Below are positions 20,206 to 30,489 of a DNA stretch of 43,220 nucleotides, piece by piece. The first letter of the stretch is position 1, and every line of letters starts with the position of its first letter. The notes below the pieces were generated by a model that saw only the letters and a list, made by a program, of their open reading frames with translations, ran no database searches and was not told the origin of the DNA. Source of the stretch: an uncultured delta proteobacterium (GTDB lineage: Bacteria; Desulfobacterota; Binatia; UBA9968); assembly GCA_963745035.1 (NCBI GenBank), contig CAVUVW010000007.1, positions 1-43,220 of the forward strand, given 5' to 3'. The translations under genes and the position numbers were made by a program.

Positions 20206-21331
20206 TCACGAGCCCAGCAGCTTGCGCGCCGCCGCCGCGCCGGGTTCGCGAATCTTGTAGATCTTCTCTTCGGACTGATTTTCCATCTTGTAAAATTGCT
20301 CGATGGTCAAACCGTCTTTCGCCGCGATTACGCCGTAGTCTTTGAGCCATCGGGTGTCGATATCCAGACGTCGGGTGCCGACGCCCATGCCGCGGGCGAA
20401 AATCTCCTGACCGTCGCGCCCCAAGAGCCAGTTGACGAATACCCGCGTGGCGTTGGGGTGCGGTAGATTCTTCAAGATCACCAGATGACCGTAGCCGCCG
20501 CTGGCATAGAGCCCTTCTTTGGGCACCGGCAGCGGCGTCACCGGTAGCTTCGCCTTGATGAACGGTTGAAACTCAGAATAGCCGATGCCGGAGGTGAGAG
20601 CGATCTTGCCCCTCGCCAAATTCTCCGCAAGCAGGCGCAGATCGCGCGTGACGAACAATTTCTGGGCGACAAGTTTCTTGAGATATTCTTCGCCCTTGAT
20701 GTAGTTCATGTAGGACCACATGGACGAACCGGAGCCCGGCGTGCGCGGATCGCTGATACCGATCCGCCCCTGCAGTTTGGGATTCAATAAATCGTCGAAG
20801 GACTTGAACTCCGCGGGCTTGTATTCGTTGGGATTGCTCCACAGGCTGACCGTCTGGTAGGCGACGAAGTTATAGATGTAGCGTTTGGCATTATCGATCC
20901 AGATATGTCCGCCCCACCACTGCTTGGGATCCTTCACCTCAGGCAAAATAAAAAACGGCTCCACCGGCTCGAGCACGTTTTCCGGCAACATCGCGCTCAC
21001 CACTGATTCGGTCCCGCCGATGTGCAAATCGAAATACTGCACGCCGCGTCTTGGTCTCGCTGACCATGCGCTGCACGATGGCGCCGCCGCGCGCCGGCAC
21101 GAACTCCACGCCGATGCCGTAGCGCCGGGTGAAGGCAATCTCCATACCCTTTCGGAGTTCGGGACTGGGTGGAATTGATGCGACGACTTTGCCTTCTTTC
21201 TTCGCCGCTTCGACGATCTTGTCCCAGTCCGTAGGCTTGCTCTGAGCGCCCGTGAGCCCAGCGGCCAGTACCAACGTCACTGCCGTAAGCGTAGCGGTCT
21301 TCCCTAGGCAACCCATAGTAGCCCTATCCAT
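20206..21331 (-). CDS. Extracellular solute-binding protein (Fe3+/thiamine ABC type), frameshift near 21050
   Basis: AAKKEGKVV, LPEVKDPKQWWGGH, DPRTPGSG, PHPNATRVFVNWLL. Confidence 0.85.
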
Positions 21332-21335
21332 TTTC

Positions 21336-22454
21336 TTACCGGAACAATTTTTCCGCCAGAATCATCGCCGGCTTGCGATATTTGACCACGACTTCTTCGG
21401 AACCGTTCTCCAGCTCGTCGAACTTTTCCGGCGTAAGCACTTCCTTCGCGGACGGATGGCCGAACTCGCGGGTCCATTTTGTGTCGACGTCGAAGCGACG
21501 GGTCGGCTGTCCCAAAGCTTTCGTCAACCCAGTCTGTCCTTCCTTGGAAAGCAGCCAGTTGACAAAAACCTTGGCGGCATTGGGATGGGCCTGATTTTTC
21601 AGCACTGCCAAATTGCCGCTGCCGGTGCCGGCGTAATAGCCTTCTTTGATATTCGAGACCGATTTGACCGGCAGTCCGGCTTTGATGAACGGCAAATACG
21701 TGTAGTAGGACACGCCGATCGAGATCGCCGACTTGCCGCGCGCCACCTGCTCGCCCAACTGGCGCAGATTGCGCCCCACGGTCATCTCTTGGGCCGCCAG
21801 CTTGGCGAGAAATTGCTCGCCTTTGATCTTGAGCAGAAAAGCCCAGTTCGATTCCCCCGAGCCCGGCGAACGCGGATCGAGGATCACAATTTTTCCCTTC
21901 CACTTGGGATCCAGCAAGCTGTCCCAGGAATTGATTTCCTCCGGTTTGACCAGCGTCGTGTTGTACCAGATCGTCTCGGTCATGTAGGCGGTAAAGCTGT
22001 AGACGTGACGTTTCGCGTTGTCCGCCCAGACATGACCGCCCCACCAGTACTTTGGATCCCGAACTTCGGGCAGGATCATGGACGGCATCACCGGCTCCAG
22101 GAAGTTGGGTGCCAGCAGGCCGGTGATGATCGAGGTAGTGCCGCCGATATGCAGATCGATGGAGCGCACGCCGGCATTTTGTTCCTCGGCAATCTTGTTG
22201 ATGTTGGTGGCGCCGCGTGCGACGTTGAGTTCGAGCTCGATGCCGGGATACGCTTTCTGGAAGCCGGTCTCGAATTCCTTGCGCAGCTCGGCGCTCGTCG
22301 GAATCGACACAACGACTTTTCCTTCCTTCTTCGCCGCGTCGAGGATCTTCTCCCATTCCGGGCTCTTGCTCCCGCCGGACTGCGCCTCCACAGACGGCAG
22401 AATGCTTACTGAGCACGCAAGCATGAGCGCCAGTGCGGCAGCGGTTCGTTTCAT
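21336..22454 (-). CDS. Extracellular solute-binding protein paralog (intact)
   Basis: Signal peptide; same motifs as neighbouring paralogs. Confidence 0.9.
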   Translation of the reverse strand: MKRTAAALALMLACSVSILPSVEAQSGGSKSPEWEKILDAAKKEGKVVVSIPTSAELRKEFETGFQKAYPGIELELNVARGATNINKIAEEQNAGVRSIDLHIGGTTSIITGLLAPNFLEPVMPSMILPEVRDPKYWWGGHVWADNAKRHVYSFTAYMTETIWYNTTLVKPEEINSWDSLLDPKWKGKIVILDPRSPGSGESNWAFLLKIKGEQFLAKLAAQEMTVGRNLRQLGEQVARGKSAISIGVSYYTYLPFIKAGLPVKSVSNIKEGYYAGTGSGNLAVLKNQAHPNAAKVFVNWLLSKEGQTGLTKALGQPTRRFDVDTKWTREFGHPSAKEVLTPEKFDELENGSEEVVVKYRKPAMILAEKLFR

Positions 22455-22465
22455 GAGAACGTCTC

Positions 22466-23600
22466 CTAACCGAGAAGCTTTCGCGCAAGAGCGGCCGCCG
22501 GCTCGCGCAGGCGGTTTATCTTGCCTTCGGATTGGTTTTCGAGTTTGTAAAATTGCTCGATGGTCAACGCATCCTTGGCTGCGGTCACGCCCACTTCACG
22601 AAGCCACTTCACGTCGACATCCAAGCGGCGCGTAGCCTGGTGCATGGCTCGTGAGTAAACCTCCTGGCCCTCCCGGCCCATAAACCAGTTGACGAACACT
22701 TTCGCCGCGTTCGGGTGCGGCGCATTTTTCAAAACAACGAGATGGCCGCTGCCGCCGCTGACATAAACACCTTCTTTGGGCGCCGGCAGCGGGGCCACCG
22801 GTAAGCCGGCTTTGATAAACGGAGCATACGAGTAATAAGTCAGCCCTAGAACCAACGCGAGCTTGCCCTTGGCGAGAATCTCGGCAAGCACCCGTTGATC
22901 GCGGCTGAGCGCCAGCTTCTGGTCGACCAGCTTCTTTAAATACTCTTCGCCCTTGATTTCTCTCAAGTAGGACCACGTCGATGCGCCCGAGCCCGCGGTG
23001 CGCGGATCGAGAATGCCGATTTTGTTCTTGAGGCGCTCACCCAATAAGTCGTCGAAGGAGCGGACCTCATCGGCTTTCATTAGCTGCGTATTGATCCAAA
23101 TATTCTCCGTCTGGTGGGCAAGGGTCGAATAGATAAATTTTTTGGCGTTGTCGACCCAGACATGACCGGCGTACCACTGTTTGGGATCTTTGACTTCAGG
23201 GAGCAGCATGAGCGGCTCGAGCAGGCTCGAGAATTCCCTCGGGCAACATGCCGGTGACGATCGACTCGCTGCCGCCCATGTGCAAATCGACATAGCGAAC
23301 ACCGGCCTTGCTTTCGTCGACCATCTTGCGCACGATCGCCGATGCGCGGCCGACCACCGGCTCGACGTCGATGCCGTAGCGTTTCTCGAAGGATTTTTCG
23401 ATCGCGGCGCGCAGCTCCGTGCTCGCCGGAATCGAGACCACGACCTTCCCTTCTTTCTTGCCGAGTTCGACCGTCCGATCCCATTCGGCGTGCGCTGCTG
23501 GTCTTGCGCTTTGACCGCTCGCGTTCAACGGAGCAAAGGCGATCGCGGCAATGAAGACGATGAACGCCTTCTTGATCCTGCTCTTCATGAACACGCTCAC
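22466..23600 (-). CDS. Extracellular solute-binding protein paralog, frameshift near 23225-23245
   Basis: ORFs 23196..23600 and 22466..23302 join into a full paralog. Confidence 0.85.
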
Positions 23601-24712
23601 AACGTCGCGTATACGAATTGCGGCATTTCCATCGGCACGTTGACCTTGTCAATCGCCGCTTCGAAGTCCAGACGAATCTGCGGATCTTCGTCCTCGTACT
23701 CGATCATCGTGCCGCCGTCGCGCACGCCGGTGCGGACGCCTTCCTTATTGATCGCGCGCCAACAACCGAGCAAATACTTCCCGGATTGCCCGCTGTAGCG
23801 AAACGCTAATTGGCGCGCCTTCTCGTTGCCCGTGTTGAAATGTTGATGGAACCAGCCGCTCGGCGGGCTGAACACACTGCCTTCGCGCCAATCCACTTTC
23901 ACGACTTGATCGCCGTGCCCAGACTGATAAGGGCGAATGCCCGCCTCCGGCGGCCACATGAGCGTGTAACCCTCGGAGCGAAGAATCAGCAGGATCGCGC
24001 CGCCTTGATGAAAATGCGCTTTGTGATAGCGGCCTACCGGCCACTCGGCGATATGGCCAACCAAGGTGCTCCCGCCCATATCGAAAGAAGTGATCTTCAC
24101 GCCGTAGCCTTTGGCTTCCGATGGATCGACCAGCGCGCCGCGCGCATCGGCGATGAAATTGGTTTCCCAGTTGATAAATCCGCCGATCTCCCTGCGATTG
24201 TTGGTGGGCGCGAAGTAATTTTTTTCGCCATCGAAGCGGTCGGCAAATTTGTAATCGCTGCCCATGACAAAAGGAATGTTGTGCAGCAGATCGATCATCA
24301 GCGGCGCGCTCGTGACAGCGAGAAAAAATGCCGGCTCGTTGCTGCCGTTGATCATGCGATGGCGCGTATTGAGCGGCACAGCGAACAGACTTCCCTGTTG
24401 CCACTCGAAATGCATCTTGCGCTTATCGTCGCCCGGAGACCATAATTCCATGGCGCCGACGCCCTTGATGATGTAGATCAACTCTTCGTACAGATGATTT
24501 TCCGGATTGAGCGCTCCGCCGGGAGGAATCTCGGACACGTACATGCCGGTGAAACCTTCCATGCCTTTGAGATCGATATACGCGCCGCTGCCCCCCGTGC
24601 GCTTCCACGGCTTGCGCGGCAGCGCTGTTACGTCTTCGACGCCGTAACCGTCGACCACCGGAATCCCCTCTTCCTTCAACCACAGCTCGTAGCTGGTCGG
24701 TCGTTTCGCCAC
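23597..24712 (-). CDS. Bicupin protein 2
   Basis: ENHLYEELIYIIKG..PLNTRHRM and YHKAHFHQGG..WFHQHFN; GTG start with AAGGA RBS. Confidence 0.85.
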   Translation of the reverse strand: MAKRPTSYELWLKEEGIPVVDGYGVEDVTALPRKPWKRTGGSGAYIDLKGMEGFTGMYVSEIPPGGALNPENHLYEELIYIIKGVGAMELWSPGDDKRKMHFEWQQGSLFAVPLNTRHRMINGSNEPAFFLAVTSAPLMIDLLHNIPFVMGSDYKFADRFDGEKNYFAPTNNRREIGGFINWETNFIADARGALVDPSEAKGYGVKITSFDMGGSTLVGHIAEWPVGRYHKAHFHQGGAILLILRSEGYTLMWPPEAGIRPYQSGHGDQVVKVDWREGSVFSPPSGWFHQHFNTGNEKARQLAFRYSGQSGKYLLGCWRAINKEGVRTGVRDGGTMIEYEDEDPQIRLDFEAAIDKVNVPMEMPQFVYATL

Positions 24713-24713
24713 A

Positions 24714-26298
24714 TCAATGTCCTTTCGTTTGCTTGGATTGAAAATATTCGCCGCGCGCGACCAATTCCGCCAAACGATCGTCCTCCTCATCCCAAAGACC
24801 GAGCGGATAGCCGTACCAGGGCGTCTTGAGATTGAGCTTCGGCAGTTCTTCCTGCTGCCAGATCTTGAGCGCGCTCTCCATGTAGGATTTTTTCGGCAAG
24901 CCCACCGGCGGAAACGGCCCCTTGCGCGTGGCGTCGATGAGCAGACCCGAACAACCCACCGCGCCGGGGAAACTGCGCTCTTCGCGCCCGCGCATCAGCG
25001 AATGGGCCGACGGATCGAGCAGCGGCACCCGGCCGGTAATGATTTCCGCATCCTGATGTGGCTGCATGGCGAAGCTCATCGCCCACATCACCATGTCGGG
25101 ATCTTTCGGATCGATGTCCTCATCCACCGCGATGATCATCTTGCTCGTCGGGTCCATGCCCGCGGCGGCGTGAAGCGCCTGCTTGGGCTTGCTCGGATGG
25201 GTTTTCTTCATGCGAATCACCCACCAGTTCCAGCCGCCGCCCATTTCCGGACAGCTCACTTCGAGAACCTCGGGGATGGCGCAGCCGTAGCGCAGATGGT
25301 TGTAGAGCATCATCTCGCGGCAGGTGCGCGAGATGCCGTTGGACTCGCTCGGCGGAAGCCCGACCAGGATCGCGGTGAAGATCGCATCGCGGCGCATAGT
25401 GATGGCTTTGACATCGATCACCGCGCGGAATTCGCGCTCGACCATGAGATAACCCGGATAATCGCTGAAAGGCTCGCCGCGCTCTTTGCGATCGATGGAG
25501 ATTTCGCCTTCGATGACGATCTCGGCGTCCGCGGGAACTTCGAGCGCAATCGTTTTGCACGGAACCACGTCCACCGGACGACCGCGAATGCCGCCGGCGA
25601 CCGCCAGCTCATCTACGCCATAAGGAAGATTCGCTGCGGAAACGAAATTGATATCCGGCAAAGCTCCGAGCACGATCGCGACGGGCAACGGCTCTTGCCG
25701 GCCGCACGGCGCCGCGATGATGATAGAGAATGGCGTGATGCGTCGGCGCGATGCCGGCGATGAGTTTATCTTCCCCCCTGAAATGGCCGCTGTACATGCC
25801 GACGTTGCGCACGCCGGTCTCGCGGTCCTGAGTGATGAAAGGCGCCGTAGCGCGAATACCGCCGCTAAACCCCGGTTCTTCCACCGGCGCCGGCAAGCTC
25901 GTCACGCCGAATTTTTTCAGCGCCTCGCCGGTGTAGACGATCTCCTGGACGAGCGCGCTGTTTATCCGGCGCGGTTCGAGCGGCTTCGCAAGTGCGCAAC
26001 GCCACTTTTCGAAGATCTCCGACGGTTCGTCGCATCCCAATCCGATCGCCGCAATTTCTCGTGACGAACCATACATGCCGGTAGCGACCCGGATATCGTG
26101 GCGCCGTCCGCGGCTGTCGACGACGTTTTCAAAGAGAAAAGCTTTTCTCTGATCGTCGGGGATGCCGCGATACTGCAAACGCATGAGCGGCATTAGCTCG
26201 GTGTCTTTGTTGACCGTCCGCTTCCAGCGATGGAGCTTGCCGCGCCTTTCCAGCTCGTCGATATAAGAACGGAAGTCGGAGAAATAATCGTGCGCCAT
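24714..26298 (-). CDS. Divergent UbiD-family protein 3, frameshift near 25705
   Basis: DFRSYIDEL, FLFENV, DRETGVRNVGMYS, AEIVIEGEI, GEPFSDYPGY, AVDEDIDP, LIDATRK. Confidence 0.85.
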
Positions 26299-26363
26299 CA
26301 GATTACCGTCGCAAACTGCTTCCATCCCCGTGCGAGCTGCCGTTAGCGCCAATTGCCAATTTC

Positions 26364-26421
26364 ATTTCACCGTGAAGCGCACGAAGGCGTGGGTAGGCTC
26401 ATGACCACTTCGTGGTGAAAT
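26364..26421. repeat. Degenerate 9-bp palindromic microsatellite
   Basis: ATTTCACCGTGAAGCGCACGAAG...CTTCGTGGTGAAAT; same family as 12916. Confidence 0.55.
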
Positions 26422-26457
26422 TTCTGTTTCATCCTTGCTCACGGACGGCCGCCTACC

Positions 26458-27579
26458 TCAGCGCAGCAGCGCCTGGGCGAACTTCTGCGCCGGCTCGCGA
26501 ACCTTGTCGAGCTTCTCTTCCGACTGGTTCTCGATCTGCCAAAACTCTTTCACCGAGACATGATCTTTCGCCGGAATCACGCCGGCCTCTCTCAGAAACT
26601 TGGTATCGACATCGAACCGGCGGGTCGCCTGGCCGAGGGCCTTGGAGACGATCTCCTGCCCTTCGCGCCCGAGCAGCCAGTTCACGAAAACTTTGGTGGC
26701 GTTCGGGTGAGCGGGGCTTTTTATGATCGCCAGATTGCCGCTGCCCCCGGTGCCGTAGGTGCCTTCTTTGAGAGTCGGCAGCGCCTTGATCGGCAAGCCG
26801 GCTTTGATGAAAGGAAGATAGCTGTAGTAGGTCAGGCCGACCATGACCGCGACCCGTCCCTTGGCGAGATTTTCCGCGAGCACGCGCTGATCGCGCCCGA
26901 GCAGCAGATCCTGGGCGGCGAGTTTTTTCAAGTACTCTTCGCCTTTGATGTCCCACATGAACGCCCAGTTGGAGTCGCCCGCGCCGGGTGTTCGCGGATC
27001 GAGGTAGCCGATCTTGCCCTTCCATTTCGGATTGAGAAGATCGTCGTAGGAGCGCAGCTCGTTCGGCTTGGCCAAATCCGTGTTGTACCAGATGCTCTCG
27101 GTGAGATAAGCCTGAAACATGTAGATGTAGCGCTTGGCGTTGTCCACCCACATGTGCTCGCCCCACCACTGTTTGGGATCTTTGACTTCCGGCAAGGCCA
27201 TCCACGGCTCGATCGCGTCGAGTATGCCTTCGTCCAACATGCCGGAAACCGCGGACGATGAGCCGCCGATGTGAAGATCGAAATAGCGCACGCCGGCTTT
27301 GAACTCATCGGCCATGCGGCGCACGGCCGCGCTGCCGCGGGCGGTAAAGACTTCGACCTCGATGCCGTACCGCTTCTTAAAGTTTTCTTCGAGCTGTTTG
27401 CGCATCTCGGCGCTCGCCGGTATCGAGATCGTGACTTTTCCTTCCTTTCTCGCCGCCTCCAGAGTCTTCTCCCACGCGATCTGCGCGCTCGCCGGTCTCG
27501 GTTGGGCCATTAGCTGCGATGGGCAAAGAAAGGCCGCTAAGGCTGCGGCGAAAACCCAAGGGGCGATCAAAACCGTCAT
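26458..27579 (-). CDS. Extracellular solute-binding protein paralog (first gene of the minus-strand cluster)
   Basis: Signal peptide; AARKEGKV, DPRTPGAG, HPNATKVFVNWLL. Confidence 0.9.
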   Translation of the reverse strand: MTVLIAPWVFAAALAAFLCPSQLMAQPRPASAQIAWEKTLEAARKEGKVTISIPASAEMRKQLEENFKKRYGIEVEVFTARGSAAVRRMADEFKAGVRYFDLHIGGSSSAVSGMLDEGILDAIEPWMALPEVKDPKQWWGEHMWVDNAKRYIYMFQAYLTESIWYNTDLAKPNELRSYDDLLNPKWKGKIGYLDPRTPGAGDSNWAFMWDIKGEEYLKKLAAQDLLLGRDQRVLAENLAKGRVAVMVGLTYYSYLPFIKAGLPIKALPTLKEGTYGTGGSGNLAIIKSPAHPNATKVFVNWLLGREGQEIVSKALGQATRRFDVDTKFLREAGVIPAKDHVSVKEFWQIENQSEEKLDKVREPAQKFAQALLR

Positions 27580-27639
27580 TGGGCAGGGATTCTCCGGTCG
27601 TTTAAACTTGCCAACGGACTGGCGCTTGGCTGGATGATT

Positions 27640-27671
27640 ATTTCTTTATAGATAAATATTTTATATGTCAA
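27640..27671 (-). promoter_or_regulatory. Probable sigma70 promoter/operator of the SBP-UbiD-cupin cluster
   Basis: Minus strand TTGACA followed by AT-rich near-palindrome ATAAAATATTTAT and TATAAA; -10 spacing imperfect. Confidence 0.4.
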
Positions 27672-27884
27672 GTAATTTGGCGAGTTAAACGGGGCCTTGC
27701 TGGTTATAGAGGATCGATCCCAAGGAAGCCGACGCTGCTTCCGAGGACGGCGAAGTTGGACGGCCGCTTTTAGCTAGGCTTGCTGTGAACGCGAAAGCGG
27801 AAAGTGAGAACTCGGTGCAGAACTGGGCTCGCTGCGCGAGAAACGCCAAAAGAAAAAGCCCCTGGCTTCCCAAGGGCTTGAAGA

Positions 27885-27930
27885 TGGAGCGGGTTGAGGA
27901 GGGTCGAACTCCCGACCTTATGCTTGGCAA
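27885..27930 (-). repeat. att site: 3' half of tRNA-Gly, copy 3 (one extra T)
   Basis: TGGAGCGGGTTGAGGAGGGTCGAACTCCCGACCTTATGCTTGGCAA matches 38846-38890; preceded by degenerate AAAAAGCCCC..GGGCT hairpin. Confidence 0.9.
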
Positions 27931-28128
27931 CGATGAAAGGCGTAAGCGTCGGCGATAAAAACCCTTATCTTTCAACTCATCGATCCCGGTAAATCTCCCC
28001 TTTTCCCGATCATTCCCTGCTGAAAGTGCGGACTCCGCACTTCGATTCAAAACAAAAAAAGGCCTCCGGAGTCGAGCTCGCGAAGGCCCGGAAAGGCGCT
28101 TGCTCTTGGGTGAGTCGAATTAAACCGA

Positions 28129-28353
28129 TCAGTAGTATTGGGACTCAGGTGGCGACGAATTGATTTTCAATGTGCGCATACTGGTAAGAACAACCGCGCG
28201 GCGAATTCCAAGACGCAAATCGTCGTTGCCGAGTTCCAGGGCTAATTTCATCTCGAACTCATCCAACGATACGCTAAGCCGTTTGAGCTTCGGAACAGTT
28301 AACTTCCGTTTACGATGCGATCGCGTTCTCTTAGAAGTCAGTAGAATGGCCAA
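28129..28353 (-). CDS. Small basic protein, possibly ribbon-helix-helix
   Basis: KRLSVSLDE beta-strand-like pattern then two short helices; followed by a terminator-like hairpin near 28054-28090. Confidence 0.4.
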   Translation of the reverse strand: MAILLTSKRTRSHRKRKLTVPKLKRLSVSLDEFEMKLALELGNDDLRLGIRRAVVLTSMRTLKINSSPPESQYY

Positions 28354-28406
28354 AGCAATTGGTCAGTCGGTGCCCGGCGTTTTGTGGTGTGCTGCTAGGC
28401 GCATCG

Positions 28407-30275
28407 TTACCAGCGGCCCACTACTGGAATATCTCCCGCTTGTCCGAACCCCGCCACATAGGTATCGAGCGTTTCGCCGTCCCATTTCCCATTACCGTTG
28501 CGGTCTAAAAACCACTCACCAGTAGACGGACGAAAGACGCCAATGCTGCTTACGCCCGTGATGCCAGTCCAGTCACCTGATATCGGCAGGTCACCGGTCT
28601 TGCCGAAAGAGACAATGCAGAGGTCTTTGTTTTTTGCACAACCATTCCAGGACCTATTGGCGTTCATGTCGAGAAACCATTCCCCAGTAGATGGGCGGAA
28701 CAGTCCTACAGAGGTAGTTCCGCGTCCGGTCCAGTCACCGGCAACGGGAACATCCCCTTCCCGATAAACATTTAGACTTGCGCACTTGTCAGTTTTGCAA
28801 TTGTCCAGAATCTCATTTCCATTGATGTCGAGATGCCATTTCTCTTCACTTCTTCTGAAGATCGCAATTCTGTCCCCGATAGCAGTGCTCCACCGGCCCA
28901 CTACTGGAATATCTCCCGCTTTTCCGAAGCACTCCACACCCGCTTGTTCGGGGCACTTCACATGGGTATCGAGCGTTTCGCCGTCCCATTTCCCATTACC
29001 GTTTGCATCGAGAAACCACTGCGACGAATCAGAATCGAAAACGCCCAGCTTAGATGTGCCGGAACCATTCCAGTCGCCAACGAGCGGCTCTGCGCCGGAA
29101 CCGGTAAACAACTGCGCGCAACGATCTACGATGCAGCCTTCCCATGTGCCGTTACCATTTCGATCGAGGAACCACTCTCCAGTGGAGCTCCGGTAAACAC
29201 CGATTTTATCCCCAATGCTGGTGAAGTTTGCCACCGGAGTCATACTCGCAGTCGCCGTTATATTGCAGTCACCCATACCGCTGCAGCCACCATTCCAGCC
29301 GGAGAAAACATATCCAGCATCAGGAACCGCTTTTAAAGAAAGAGAACTACCCTGAGCCACCGTCGTGGAACAGATCGCACCACAATCAATGGCACCATTC
29401 GAGCTGGAGACTTTGCCTTTACCCGCCTTTGACACCGTAATAGTGACAGTGTTGAGAACAAATTTGGCTATGCACGTTTTGCTCCCGGTCATAGTAACGG
29501 ACCCATCGCCACAATCCGTATCGCCAGTCCATCCCGCGAATTTGGAGTTTGCCGCCGGCAGAGGAGATAAGGTAATCACCTGGCCAGGGGTGTAAGTGTG
29601 TGTACAGTCTATACCGCAGTCTATTCCGATGGGGTTGCTGATAACTTTGCCACTGCCAGTTCCACCTGACGTAGTCTCATTTACAACACTGGTTGTCAGC
29701 GTGTAACTTGAAACAAGATTGAATGTCGCCGTACAGTTCATAGCGGCGTTGACCATAACACTCCCATCCGTGCAGTCAGCGCTTCCTGACCAACCGGCGA
29801 AAACGGATCCGGCTTGAGCGATAACGCTGAGAGCGACAACGCTGCCGTTTACATAACTTTCGCTACAATCAGTCCCACAATTGATTCCGGCTGGAGAACT
29901 CGTAATCGTGCCGGTGCCGGTTCCCGAACGGCTAACCGTAAGAGTGGAATTTGCTGCAGGCGTGGTGGCGCAGCCTTCGTTCGAATAGGGTGAGGCACCG
30001 GCTGAGTTGAAGGCGAGAACCCGGTAACAATATGTCGTACTGTTCGTGAGATTGAGGTCGGTAAAACTCGTAACGTTGGATGAGAGATTGGTGAGTTGCT
30101 GGTAGGTGCCGCTGTTGGTCCGTCGCTCGATCCGGAATCCGTCTTCGTTTGTTGAGTTGTCAGCCCAGCTAAGCGTCAGCTGGGCCGCAAGAGCCACATT
30201 AAATGTCGCTACTAAAACGACTATGGAAACGAACAGTCCAAAAGACCAATGACGTAGACTACTGTTGAAACGCAC
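28407..30275 (-). CDS. Secreted surface/adhesin-like protein: FnIII + three InlB-B-like repeats + FG-GAP/VCBS-like repeats
   Basis: Signal peptide; LSWADNSTNEDGFRIER..YCYRVLAFN; (GINCGTDC..FAGWSG) x3; (WFLDxNGNGxWDG..GDxPxxGDW) repeats. Confidence 0.85.
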   Translation of the reverse strand: MRFNSSLRHWSFGLFVSIVVLVATFNVALAAQLTLSWADNSTNEDGFRIERRTNSGTYQQLTNLSSNVTSFTDLNLTNSTTYCYRVLAFNSAGASPYSNEGCATTPAANSTLTVSRSGTGTGTITSSPAGINCGTDCSESYVNGSVVALSVIAQAGSVFAGWSGSADCTDGSVMVNAAMNCTATFNLVSSYTLTTSVVNETTSGGTGSGKVISNPIGIDCGIDCTHTYTPGQVITLSPLPAANSKFAGWTGDTDCGDGSVTMTGSKTCIAKFVLNTVTITVSKAGKGKVSSSNGAIDCGAICSTTVAQGSSLSLKAVPDAGYVFSGWNGGCSGMGDCNITATASMTPVANFTSIGDKIGVYRSSTGEWFLDRNGNGTWEGCIVDRCAQLFTGSGAEPLVGDWNGSGTSKLGVFDSDSSQWFLDANGNGKWDGETLDTHVKCPEQAGVECFGKAGDIPVVGRWSTAIGDRIAIFRRSEEKWHLDINGNEILDNCKTDKCASLNVYREGDVPVAGDWTGRGTTSVGLFRPSTGEWFLDMNANRSWNGCAKNKDLCIVSFGKTGDLPISGDWTGITGVSSIGVFRPSTGEWFLDRNGNGKWDGETLDTYVAGFGQAGDIPVVGRW

Positions 30276-30340
30276 ATCGAACTCCCGAGGAACACGCTCA
30301 TAGCCTGACGTGCACGGTTCCTCAGTGTGATGTGCTGTCG

Positions 30341-30426
30341 TCCGGCAACCCTGCTACCGTATCTCCTCAGAGACTTAGGCCAGTGGCTTTGCGTCCCACG
30401 CTTTCGCGTGGTTTGCCCTTTACGGA
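30341..30426 (-). ncRNA. c-di-GMP-I (GEMM) riboswitch
   Basis: Minus strand TCCG-TAAAGGGCAAACCACGC-GAAA-GCGTGGGACGCAAAGCCACTGGCCTAA..GGTAGCAGGGTTGC-CGGA follows the class consensus, with GAAA tetraloop, receptor and P1 pairing. Confidence 0.9.
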
Positions 30427-30489
30427 GAAGAGAAATTATTCTATCGCGACTCCAATGTTTTTGAATTTGCGAACTTGCGGGCTGATTAC

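Noticed and set aside
20096-20350. N-terminal extension of UbiD2 in the ORF track
   Set aside because: Translates the octamer palindrome and overlaps the SBP; homology starts at GTG 20095
982-27261. Numerous long antisense or alternate-frame ORFs (e.g. 982..1911, 12935..13858, 21252..22412, 24717..25763)
   Set aside because: Expected shadows of high-GC genes with recognisable products
28410-29003. Diversity-generating retroelement TR/VR pair
   Set aside because: Both copies are coding repeats in one gene, differences are not adenine-specific, and no reverse transcriptase is present
30341-30426. cGAMP-sensing GEMM-Ib variant
   Set aside because: The discriminator position is G, not A
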